From Ranitomeya imitator (taxonomy: Eukaryota): a stretch of DNA of 64,000 bases. Below, in pieces: positions 53,115-64,000 of the stretch. The position numbers and the translations under genes are program-made. The stretch is taken from contig NC_091284.1 of the NCBI RefSeq assembly GCF_032444005.1, forward strand, positions 513,422,001-513,486,000, in the 5' to 3' direction. The notes below the pieces were generated by a model that was not told the DNA's origin, searched no databases, and saw nothing but the letters and a program-made list of their open reading frames with translations. The first letter of the stretch is position 1, and each line of letters starts with the position of its first letter.

Positions 53115-54149
53115 CATAAGATGCTCCATACAGATATTTGCCCCATATAATGCTGCACATGACCCCATACAGATATTTGCCCCATATAATGATGCACATG
53201 GCCCCATAAGATGCTCCATATAGATATTTGCCCCATATAATGCTGCACATGGCCCCATACAGATATTTGCCCCATATAATGCTGCACATGGCCCCATAAG
53301 ATGCTCCATACAGATATTTGCCACATATAATGCTGCATAAATACTGATTATGGCCCCATAAGATGCTCCATACAGATATTTGCCCCATATAATGCTGCAC
53401 ATGGCCCCATAAGATGCCCCATACAGATAATTGCCCCATATAACGCTGCACATGGCCCCATAAGATGCTCCATACAGATACTTGCCCCATATAACGCTGC
53501 ACATGGCCCCATAAGATGCCCCATACAGATACTTGCCCCATATAACGCTGCACATGGCCCCATAAGATGCTCCATACAGATATTTGCCCCATATGCTGTT
53601 GCTACGATATTAAAAAAAAAAAAAAAAAATCACAGTCACCTCTCAGGCCCCCGGCACTTGCTATATTCACCTGCTCCCCATTCCACCGCCGACCACTGCT
53701 GTGTCTTCTCCGTCCTGTGCACTGAGGCTCAGGCAGAGGGTGGCGCGCACACTAATCGCGTCACCGCACCCTCTGACCTGAGCGTCACTGCAGAGGACGT
53801 GGAAGACGCAGGCAGCTTCTTCCTGTAGTGAGCGGTCACATGCTACCACTCATTACAGTAATGAATATGTGGCTCCACCCCTATGGGAGTGGAGTGGGGT
53901 CCATATTCATTACTGTAATGAGCGGGACCATGTGACTGCTCACTACAGGAAGAAGCTGCCGGGGAAAAGACGTCCAGGGACCGCGCCAGGAGCAGGTGAG
54001 TATTATTACACAGCTCTGCTCCCCCTTCCCTGCCGACCCCTGCGTATGACTCGAGTATAAGCCGAGAGGGTTACTTTCAGCCCAAAAAAGTGGGCCGAAA
54101 ATCTCAGCTTATACTCAAGTATATACGGTACATAAGTGGGGTGAGTCAA

Positions 54150-54630
54150 TGGGCCAGTCTAAAGAAGTGCATTTTTAGGGCACTCTTAAAACTGTTGGTA
54201 TCAAGAATTGTCCTGGGTAGTGTATTCCAGAGCGCAGCTTGCAAGAAGTCCTGGAGATGTGATGTTCAGATTATTGAGGATGTGAGTGTTAGGTCATGAG
54301 CGGAACGGAAGGCACGAGTAGGATGAGGGAGATGTATTGTGGTGCTGAACCGTGGAGCGCTTTGCGGGTGAGAGTGAGGAGTTTATATTGCACTCTGAAG
54401 CACATGGACAACCTGCACAGGGTAGACATCGGTTTAACTGTTGGAAAGGAAAATTATCCTGGCTGCAGCATTCAGGACGGATTGGAGAGGGGATAGTTTA
54501 ATAAGAGGGAGAGTTGCAATAGTCCATACAAGAATAAATAACAGCAACTAAGAGTTTTTCCAGAGTCAAAGGTAAGAAAAGGTCAAATTCTAAAGATGTT
54601 TTTGAGGTATAGATGAAATGTGAGAGAGCT
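54150..54630 (-). mobile_element. Decayed L2-like LINE fragment
   Basis: The minus strand reads ...LVAVIYSCMDYCNSPL..., an L2 RT C-terminal motif with stops; same region as the 4340-4600 relic. Confidence 0.55.
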
Positions 54631-54678
54631 TAGGGATTTTTTTTTTTTTAAACTGAGACAACTTGGAAAGTTCCTGTA

Positions 54679-55245
54679 TTTATTCGATCCCCATGACAGC
54701 ATAATGACAGAGGTGATCCGCCCTTCAAGGACAGGAAACCTACAGACATAAAAGGGCGGCACCGCTCCCACGCATCAATTGGTTTCCTGTCATTGATGGG
54801 TGAACCTCTTACAGACATGCTTTTTAGAAGCATTATAGGCTTGACATGGGCACCTCTTCCAATCTCACATTTGGAAGAAGGGTGCTTCAGGCTGTGGTCC
54901 CTCCCTAAATTCTTACCTCTCTGTAATTCTCTTGTGGTGCCATCATGGGTGGATTGAATAAAGTCTTAGTTACCTGTAACGGATTTTTCGGAGCTCATCA
55001 CAGCACCCTTATATTCCCTCCCTTCAAGTGGGGGTGAGCACTTCTTCCACTTTTACGTATTCACGTGTGAGAAATTATCTGGTGTTCGGATTTTTATAAT
55101 TTTTTGCTATTAACCATGGGAGGTCCTTCTGTGCGTTGTAATCCAACTGATGCGTGGGAGAGGTGCCGACCTTTTACATCTGTAGGTTTACTGTCCTTGG
55201 AAGGGCAGATCCCCTCTCTCGTGTTGCTGTCAGGTATCATTTTAA
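54679..55245 (+). mobile_element. Internally deleted mini-DIRS (~570 bp)
   Basis: Left ITR homologous to 37413ff; YR tail KHYRLDMGTSSNLTFGRRVLQAVVPP* (54828-54908); ICR-like 54928-55007; right ITR 55140-55233. Confidence 0.8.
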
Positions 55246-55317
55246 TCAGTATAACGGTGCTGACCTGACACTGTATGTAGGTTACTGTGCACAATCCTGC
55301 TGATAGGTTCCCTTTAA

Positions 55318-57936
55318 ACCCTTTCTGACATTAGACGTACTATCCCGTCGAGATGACCTGGGCCCGTATGACAATCAACGGGATAGTACGTCTAAAGCGA
55401 TCAGCGCGCGCTCATGGGGAAAGCGTGGCCGGGTGTCAGCTGACTATCACAGCTGACATCCGGCACTATGTGCCAGGAGCGGTCTCGGACTGCTCCTAGC
55501 ACATTAACCACCGGAACACTGCGATCAAACAGTGCTTTCCTGCGTGCTTCCCTGAGACCCTCAAAGCAACGCGATGTGATCGCGTTGCTCCGAGCATCTC
55601 CTCCGTACTCCTCTCTGCAGGCCCCGGATCCAAGATGGCTGCGGGGCTCCTTCCGAGTCCTGCAGGGAGGTGGCTTGCAAGCGCCTGCTCACAGCAGGCG
55701 CCGGCAAGCCTCCTGCAGTGCCTCTCAGATCGCTGATCTGACACAGTGCATTGCAAAGTGTCAGATCAGACACTATAACATGATGTCCCACCCTAGGACA
55801 AAGTGAAAAAGTGGAAAAAAAAAAATATTTAAAAAAAAAAAAGACAAAAAACCCCAAAACTCCTAAATAAATAAATAAATATTGTTCCAATAAATATCTT
55901 TCTTTATGTAAATAAAAAAACAATAAAAAGTACACATTTAGTATCGCCCCGTCCGTAACGACCCGACCTATAAAACTGTCCCACTAGTTAACCCCTTCAG
56001 TAAACACCGTAAAAAAAAAAAAAAAAAAGACAAAAAACAATGCTTTATCATCATACCGCCGAACAAAAAGAAGGATATAAATAAACATTGTACCGCCGAA
56101 AACGTCATCTTGTCCAGCAAAAAACGAGCCACCATACAGAATCATCAGCGAAAAAATAAAAGTTATAGCCCTCAGAATAAAGCGATGCAAAAATAATTAT
56201 TTTTTCTATAAAATAGTTTTTATCGTATAAAAGCACCAAAACATAAAAAAATAATATAAACGAGGTATCGCTGTAATCGTACTGCCCTGAAGAATAAAAC
56301 TGCTTTATCAATTTTACCAAACGCGGTACGGTATAAACGCCCCATCCAAAAGAAATTCGTGAATAGCTGGTTTTTGTTCATTCTGCCTACCAAAAATCGG
56401 AATAAAAAGCGATCAAAAAATGTCACGTGCGTGAAAAGAATACCAATAAAACGTCATAATACGTCAACTCGTCCCGCAAAAAAAACAAGACCTCACATGA
56501 CTGTGGACCAAAACATGGAAAAATTATAGCTCTCAGAAGGGGTAACGCAAAAAATTTTTTTTTGCAATAAAAAGCGTCTTTTACTGTAGTCTGTGACGGC
56601 TGCCAAACATAAAAACCTGCTATAAAAATCTGCTATAAATAGTAAATCAAACCCCCCATTATCTCCGCCTTAGTTAGGGAAAAATAAAAAAATGTATTTA
56701 TTTCCATTTTCCCATTAGGGTTAGGGTTGGGGCTAAAGTTAGGGTTGAGGCTAAAGTTGGGGTTAGGGGTGTGTCAGGGTTAGGGTTGGGATTAGGGGTG
56801 TGTTGGGTTTAGGGGTGTGGTTAGGGTTGGGAATAGGCTTAGGGGTGTGTTGGGGTTAGAATTGGGAGGTTTCCACTGTTTAGGCACATCAGGGGCTCTG
56901 GAAACGCAACATGACATCCGATCTCAATCCATCCAATTCTGCGTTGAAAAAGTAAAACAGTGCTCCTTCCAAGCTCTGCCGTGTGCCCAAACAGTGGTTT
57001 ACCCCCACATATGGGGTATCAGTGTACTCAGGACAAATTGCACAACAACGTTTGGGGTCCAATTTCTCCTGTTACCCTCGGGAAAATAAGAAATTGGGGG
57101 CAAAAAAATCATTTTTGTGAAAAAAATAAGATTTTTTATTTTTACGGCTCTACATTATAAACTTCTGTGAAGCACTTGGGGGTTGAAAGTGCTCACCACA
57201 CATCTAGATAAGTTCCTTAGGGTGTCTACTTTCCAAAATGGTGTCTCTTGTGGGGGGTTTCCACTGTTTAGGCACATCAGGGGCTCTACAAACGCGACAT
57301 GGCGTTCGATCTCAATTCCAGCCAATTTTGCATTGGAAAGTCAAATGGCACTCCTTCACTTCCGAGCTCTGCCGTGCGCCCAAACAGTGGTTTACCCCCA
57401 CATATGGGGTATCGGCGTACTCAGGACAAATTGTACAACAACTTTTGGGGTCCAACTTCTATTTTCTACCATATAGAGCCCTCAAAGTGACTTCAAATAT
57501 GATGTGGTCCTTAAAAAAAAAAAACGGTGTTGTAAAAATGAGAAATTGCTGGTTAACTTTTAACCCTTATAACTCCCTAACAAAAAAATTTTGGTTCCAA
57601 AATTGTGTTGATGTAAAGTAGATATGTGGGAAATGTTACTTAAGTATTTTGGGTGACATACCTCATGATTTGAGGGCATGAAAATTCAATTTAAGAAAAT
57701 TGCAAAATTTTCCAAATTTTTGTTAAATTTCCGTTTTTTTCACAAACAAACTCAAGTAATGTCAAGGAAATTTTACCACCATCATGAAGTACAATATGTC
57801 ATGAGAAAACAAATGTCAGAATCACCGGGATCTGTTGAAGCGTTCCAGAGTTATAACCTCATAAAGGGAGAGTGGTCAGAATTGTAAAAATTGGTCTGGT
57901 CATTAACGTGCAAACCACCAGAGGGGGGTAAAGGGG
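55318..57936. mobile_element. Non-autonomous piggyBac-like element (TTAA flanks, (C)CCTTT...AAGGGG ends)
   Basis: TTAA at 55314-17 and 57937-40; contains a TTAGGG-like tract and repeated modules shared with 60250-63430 in opposite orientation; no ORF. Confidence 0.65.
56716..56870 (+). repeat. Degenerate telomere-like (TTAGGG/TTGGGG) tract
   Basis: TTAGGGTTAGGGTTGGGGCTAAAGTTAGGGTT...; counterpart on the minus strand at 62281-62404. Confidence 0.8.
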
Positions 57937-57940
57937 TTAA

Positions 57941-58413
57941 AGTGAACCTGTCAGCAGATTTTGCTGATATAAGTTGTGGCCACTGCCTTTCAGGTGTTAT
58001 CTACAGCATTCTATAATGCTGTAGATAAGACCTCGTTTTGAACTGCAAGTGAAGAAAAATTACCTATACTATACTCCATCTGGGGAGTGGGGGGGGCGAT
58101 CCCGTCCGATTGGTGTCGCAGGTCGGGCTCCGGTGCCTCCCACCATCTTGCGTTGCCGCCCTCCTGCTTCTTCATCGCTCCAATGCATCGGCACTCCTGC
58201 GCAGGCGTACGTCACTGCCCTGTTGAGGCCAGGGTAAAGTATTGCAGTGCGCATGCGCTAGGAAAGGTCAGAGAGGCCCGGCGCCTGCGCACGGCAGTTC
58301 TTTACCCTGCAATCAACAGGGCACAGACGTACACCTGCGCAGGGGTGCTGTAGAATGCTGTAGATAGGCAGTGGCCGCATCTTATAGCAGCAAAATCTGC
58401 AGACAGGTTCCCT
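57941..58413. mobile_element. T2/Kolobok-type MITE
   Basis: AGTGAACCTGTCAGCAGATTTTGCTG ... CAGCAAAATCTGCAGACAGGTTCCCT with TTAA at both ends (57937-40, 58414-17). Confidence 0.8.
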
Positions 58414-59296
58414 TTAAGAACACAAATGGCAACCACTTAATTGGCTGCATTCATACATGCATTTTTCTCATTTGTTTTAAAACTGACAGAAGGCTGACCC
58501 ATTCACACATCGGCTATTTGTGAAATTCATGCCATGTATTTTTCTCATCAGTTTCTGTGAATCATACTCAGCCAGTGAATTCGATCCATTAGAAATGTAT
58601 GAAAATTCTAAAAATCTGCGGCACGTCCTTCCAGAACGCAGCATGTCTGTTTATAATGCAGCGACGCTACGTCACCACACCGTAAATTTACCATAGACTA
58701 TCATTAGAAGCGGTAAAATCGCATCTGATGATTAGTCACATGCGTAGTAACTGTGTAAACGCAGCTTACTACGCATGTCTACCGCAGGAAGTCCGCGTCC
58801 ACTGCAGTTCTCGCGATAACTTAGTTTACCGCGAGAACTACCGTGCACATGACCGGGAGGTTATCAGGTCACCCTAGGCTGGTTCTCACGGTCAGCTGAC
58901 CGCGAGTGCTACAGTGTAGGTGATAACTCTCCAGAAATCATCTACAAGCTCTGCTATGTCTGGATGTCAGTCATCCAGATGTAGCAGAGCCGGACTCGTC
59001 GTGGGACACTCGTTATTAAGGACTTCATCGGACCAGGGAGTATGCTGTGGGTTTATTTATTTTTTTCCAGGAGATCGAGGGTTTCACTTGGATTACCAGT
59101 GTAATAAAAATGGCAAAACTGTGTGGTGTTTGATTTCATTAAAAGACTTTATTCTGCATGTGCTTTATTAACCCTTCACCAATTATATGATTGGTAATGG
59201 TAGGAGTCTTATTGACGCCTCTCTTACAAAAGGTGACATTGACCCCTTATTACCCCATATGCCACAGCTACAGGGCAGTGGGAAGAGAGAGGTTAA

Positions 59297-59624
59297 AGGG
59301 ACTCTGTCACCTGAATTTGGCGGGACTGGTTTTGGGTCATATGGGCGGAGTTTTCGGGTGTTTGATTCACCCTTTCTTTACCCGCTGGCTGCATGCTGGC
59401 TGCAATATTGGATTGAAGTTCATTCTCTGTCCTCCATAGTACACGCCTGCGCAAAGCAATCTTGCCTTGTGCAGGCATGTACTACGGAGGACAGAGAATG
59501 AACTTCAATCCAATATTGCAGCCAGCATGCAGCCAGCGGGTAAGGAAAGGGTGAATCAAACACCCGAAAACTCCGCCCATATGACCCAAAACCAGTCCCG
59601 CCAAATTCAGGTGACAGGTTCCCT
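59297..59624. mobile_element. T2/Kolobok-type MITE, almost entirely palindromic (328 bp)
   Basis: AGGGACTCTGTCACCTGAATTTGG... / ...CCAAATTCAGGTGACAGGTTCCCT; TTAA at 59293-96 and 59625-28. Confidence 0.85.
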
Positions 59625-59977
59625 TTAAGTGCCGGAATTGGCGCATCTTACAGATGTGCCATTTCTGGGGCGGCTGGGGGCTGGTATTTTTAGCCGGGGG
59701 GTCCAATATCCATGGTCCCTTCCAAGGCTATGAATATCGGCCCGCAGCTGCGTAGCCTTTCTGGCTATAAATTATAGGGGGCCCCCCTATTTAATAGCCA
59801 GGCTAAATATACAGCTGTGGGCTGATATTCACAGCCTGGGAAGCTTCATGGATATTAACCCCTTCCCAGTCTACAAACATCGGTCCCCCAGTCGCTGGCT
59901 TTCCCTCTCTGGTGCAGAAAATTGCGCAGGAGCCCACACCATATTTTTTTTTTAAATTATACAGATATTGCATTTAA

Positions 59978-60166
59978 GGCGGGGGGTCACACTTGCGAGA
60001 AACTTGCCCGAGTCTCGCACCTCAATACCCGGCACTGCCGCCGGCACTGGGACCGGAGAGTTCAGCTGCATAGAAATACATGCAGCCGCACACTCCGATC
60101 CCGAGTGCCGGCGGCAGTACTGAGGTGTGAGACTCATGCAAATTTCTTGCAAGTGTGACCCCAGCC
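59978..60166. mobile_element. PIF/Harbinger-type MITE (189 bp)
   Basis: GGC(G)GGGGGTCACACTTGC / GCAAGTGTGACCCCAGCC; TAA at 59975-77 and 60167-69. Confidence 0.8.
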
Positions 60167-60202
60167 TAAAGGAGAGTGTGTGTGTGTGTGTGTTTTATTT
60201 AA

Positions 60203-63200
60203 GGCCAGGATCACACATGCGAGAAACTCAGACGAGTCTCGTATCTTAACCCCTTCATGACCCAGCCTATTTTGACCTTAATGACCTGGCCATTTTTTGC
60301 AATTCTGACCAGTGTCCCTTTATGAGGTAATAACTCAGGAACGCTTCAATGGATCCTAGCAGTTCTGAGAATGTTTTTTTGTGACATATTGGGCTTCATA
60401 TGTTCGTGGTAAATTTAGGTCGATAATTTTTGCGTTTATTTGTGAAAAGAATGGAAATGTGGCTAAAATATAGAAAATTTCGCAATTTTCAAATTTTGAA
60501 TTTTTATTCTGTTAAACGAGGGAGTTAAGTGACAAAATAATTTTGGAAACAATTTTTTTTGCTAGGATGTTATAAGGGTTAAAATTTGACCAGTAATCTC
60601 ATTTTTACATCGAAATTTACAAAACCATTTTTTTTTTTTTAGGGACCACCTCACATTTGAAGTCAATTTGAGGGGTCTATATGGCTGAAAATACCCAAAA
60701 GTAACACCATTCTAAAAACTACACCCCTCAAGGTACTCAAAACCACATTCAAGAAGTTCATTAACCCTTCAGGTTCTTCACAGCAGCAGAAGCAACATGG
60801 AAGGAAAAAAAATGAACATTTAACTTTTTAGTCACAAAAATGATCTTTTAGAAACTATGTTTTTTTATTTTCCCAAGGGTAAAAAGAGAAACAGGACCAC
60901 AAAAGTTATTGTACAATTTGTCCTGAGTACGCAGATACCCCATATGTAGGGGGGAACCACTGTATGGGCGCACGACAGGGCTCGGAAGGGAAGGAGCGCC
61001 GTTTGATTTTTGAATGAAAAATTAGCTCCAATCGTTAGCGGACACCATGTCGCGTTTGGAGAGCCCCTGTGTGCCTAAACATTGGAGTTCCCCCACATGT
61101 GACCCCATTTTGGAAACTAAACCCCCCAAGGAACTTATCTAGATGCATAGTGAGCACTTTGAACCCCCAGATGCTTCACAAATTGATCCGTAAAAATGAA
61201 AGTGTACTTTTTTTTTTTTTTTTTTCACAAAAAAATTCTTTTAGCCTCAATTTGTTCATTTCCACATGGGCAACAGGATAAAATGGATCCTAAATTTTAT
61301 TGGCCAATTTCTCCTGGGTACACCGCTACCTCACATGTGGGGGTAAACCACTGTTTGGGCACACAGCAGGGCTCGGAAGGGAAGGAGCACCATTTGACTT
61401 TTTGAATGAAAAATAAGCTCCAATTGTTAGCGGACACCATGTCGCGTTTGGAGAGCCCCTGTGTGCCTAAACATTGGAGCTCCCCCACATGTGACCCCAT
61501 TTTGGAAACTAGACCTCCCATGGAAGTAATGTAGATGGGGGTTTAAAGTGGTCACCGTACAAGTGCTTCACAGAAGTTTATAACGCAGAGCCGTGAAAAT
61601 AAAAATAATTTTTCTTTCCTCAAAAATGATGATTTAGCAAGCAATTTTTTATTTTCACATGGGTAACAGGAGAAATTGGACCCCAATAGTTGTTGCCCAG
61701 TTTGTCCTGAGTACACTGATACCCCATATGTGGGGGTAAACCACTGTTTGAGCACACGTCGGGGCTCGGAAGGGAAGTAGTGACTTTTGAAATGCAGACT
61801 TTGATGGAATGGTCTGCGGGCGTCATGTTGCATTTGCAAAGCCCCTGATGTGCCTAAACAGTAGAACCCCCCCACAAGTGACCCCATTTTGGAAACTAGA
61901 ACCCCCAAGGAACTTATCTAGATATGTGATGAGAACTTTGAACCCCCAAGTGCTTCACAGAAGTTTACAAAGCAGAGCCGTGAAAATAAAAAAAAAAAAT
62001 CATTTTTCTTTCCTCAAAAATGATGTTTTAGCAAGCAATTTTTTATTTATTTTCACAAGCGTAACAGGAGAAATTGGACCCCAATATTTGTTGCCCAGTT
62101 TGTCCCGAGTATGCTGGTACCCCATATGTGGGGGTAAACCACTGTGTGGGCGCACGTTGGGGCTCGTAAGGGAGGGAGCACCATTTGACTTTTTGAACGC
62201 AAGATTGGCTTGAATCAATGGTGGCGCCATGTTGCGTTTGGAGACCCCTGATGTGCCTAAACAGTGGAAACCCCTCAATTCTAACCAACACTAACCCCAA
62301 CACATCCCTAACCCTAATCCCAACTCTAGCCATAACCCTAATCACAACCCTGACCCCAACACACCCCATTTCCAACCCTAGCCTTAATTCCAACCCTAAC
62401 CCTATGGCTATGTGCCTACGTTGTGGATTCATGTGAGATTTTTCCGCACCATTTTTGAAAAATCCGCAGGTAAAAGGCACTGCGTTTTACCTGCAGATTT
62501 ACCACGGATTTCCAGTGTTTTTTGTGCGGATTTCACGTGCGGATTCCTATTGAGGAACACGTGTAAACCGCTGCGGAATCCGAACAAAGAATTGACATGC
62601 TGCGGAAAATACAACACAGCGTTTCCGTGTGGTATATTCCGCACCATGGGCACAGCGGATTTGGTTTTCCATAGGTTTACATGGTACTGTAAACATGATG
62701 GAAAACTGCAACGAGTCCGCAGCGGCCAATCCGGAATTATTGTCCCTACCTATGGGTGTGATAAAGGGAAGGGAAGGGGGTCATTTACTGTTTTTTATTT
62801 TTATTTTGATCACTGTGATATAACCTATCACAGTGATCAAAATGTACCAGGAACGAATCTGCCTGCAGGCACTGCGCATGCGCCCGCCATTTTGGAAGAT
62901 GGCGGCGCCCATGGAGAAGACGGACAGACACCAGGAGGCTCGGTAAGTATGAGGGGGTGGGATCGGAGCACAGGGGGGTGGATCGGAGCACGGCGGGAGT
63001 GGACAGGAGGACGGAGGGGAGCGGACCACAGTACGGGACAGGACGGAGGACTGGGGAGGAGATCGGTGGTGGTGGCGGGGGGCAGATCAGGGTTTCCAGC
63101 CATGGCCGATGATCTTGCAGCATCGGCCATGGCTGGATTGTAATATTTCACCACTTTTCATAGCTGAAATATTACAAATTGCTCTGATTGGCTGTTAAAA

Positions 63201-63571
63201 GTGAAACAGCCAATCAGAGCGATCGTAGCCACGGGGGAGGGGGGCGGGCTAAGCCGCCCCCCTGGGCTGAAGTATTACTCCCCCTGTCGCTGCAGATCAG
63301 GTGAAATTGGAGTTAACCCTTTCACCCGATCTGCAGGGACACGATCCCTCCATGACGCCACATAGGCGTCACAGGTCGGATTGGCACCGACTTTCATGAC
63401 GCCTACGTGGCGTCACAGGTCGGGAAGGGGTTAATAGCCGGCACTCGGGAGTGGAGCGTGCGGCTGCATTGAAATACATACAACAGCACGCTCCACTCCC
63501 GAGTGCTGGCGGCAGTGCTGGGTATTAAGATGGGAGACTCATCTGAGTTTCTCGCATGTGTGATCCCGGCC
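60203..63571. mobile_element. Harbinger-type MITE split by a piggyBac-like insertion
   Basis: GGCCAGGATCACACATGCGAGAAACTCAGA (60203) pairs with TCTGAGTTTCTCGCATGTGTGATCCCGGCC (ending 63571); the halves rejoin at TTAA. Confidence 0.75.
60250..63430. mobile_element. Non-autonomous piggyBac-like element (3181 bp)
   Basis: TIR CCCCTTCATGACC / GGTCGGGAAGGGG; TTAA TSD at 60246-49 and 63431-34; four ~390-bp internal modules plus a telomere-like tract. Confidence 0.8.
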
Positions 63572-64000
63572 TCTTTGTGCACTTTTTTATTATGTTTATT
63601 ACTAAACATTGGGCTTGGTATTATCTATAGATCTATCTAGCAATCTATTATCTATCGATCTATTTATTATCTATCGATCTATCATCTATAGCAATATCTG
63701 TGTTTACTAGCAATATCTGTGTGTGTAAACATTATTCTTCAATGGAGTATGTAAAAGAAGAGAATGGACAAGAAAATTACATCACAATTTTTTTTTTTTT
63801 TTTAATATCTTTATTTAGCTTACAAAAGCACACACAAATCCGCATAAAAAAAAAAGCATCAAAAACGCAGGTGACCTGCCAGTGACCTCAGATGCAGAGT
63901 TTACCTGCGTCAAATACTGAGCCGTGGAAACATACCCTTAAGAATTCCCTTTTGGAGGAAGGAAACAAACCGGGAAGACTGAAAGTAGTAAGACCTTTAA

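Larger units (their letters stand above)
49780..54128. mobile_element. Large non-autonomous Tc2/pogo-like element carrying a ~50-bp internal satellite
   Basis: TIR-like (C)CGTATATA..CTAGAGTATAAGCCGA / TCAGCTTATACTCAAGTATATACGG with TA flanks; internal GCCCCATAAGATGCTCCATACAGATATTTGCCCCATATAATGCTGCACAT repeats at ~49975-50430 and ~53115-53595. Confidence 0.7.

Noticed and set aside
62412-63143. 243-aa ORF and neighbours (also 951-1442, 40187-40744)
   Set aside because: GC-rich interiors of non-autonomous transposons; no transposase or other motifs.
48430-64000. Upstream zbtb11 exons
   Set aside because: No sequence encoding the expected preceding zinc fingers (...RRHMNNHE) was found; the region is TE-derived, so they presumably lie beyond the window.

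Overview
Vertebrate genomic DNA, almost certainly a frog: inferred from the T2/Kolobok, piggyBac-like, hAT and Harbinger MITE landscape plus DIRS, CR1 and L2; species not determinable here. Three host genes are recognisable. (1) ofd1 on the minus strand: four coding exons at 2698-2793, 1817-2014, 745-813 and 623-653, continuing off the left edge. (2) A complete 140-codon trappc2/sedlin on the plus strand (30045-34532), including its U12-type AT-AC intron. (3) The last coding exon of zbtb11 on the minus strand (47906-48429). ofd1 and trappc2 appear to share a bidirectional promoter in a ~580-bp unique island (~25846-26426) sandwiched between two tandem arrays: a ~20.7-kb 91/92-bp array (~225-230 units) on the ofd1 side and a ~3.4-kb 116/117-bp array on the trappc2 side. 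The most striking observation is that every 91-bp unit carries a consensus 5' splice site (GAG/GTGAGT) in the ofd1 sense direction and the array begins right at the promoter, suggesting tandem amplification of the ofd1 exon 1/intron 1 junction. Other content: an apparently intact IR/DR Tc1 (DD34E, 200-bp TIRs) in trappc2 intron 2, a decayed full-length DIRS with an abnormally extended right ITR, a ~570-bp mini-DIRS, a solo LTR inside an L2 relic, a 5'-truncated CR1 and several nested non-autonomous DNA transposons. Nearly all short ORFs in the supplied track are repeat artefacts.
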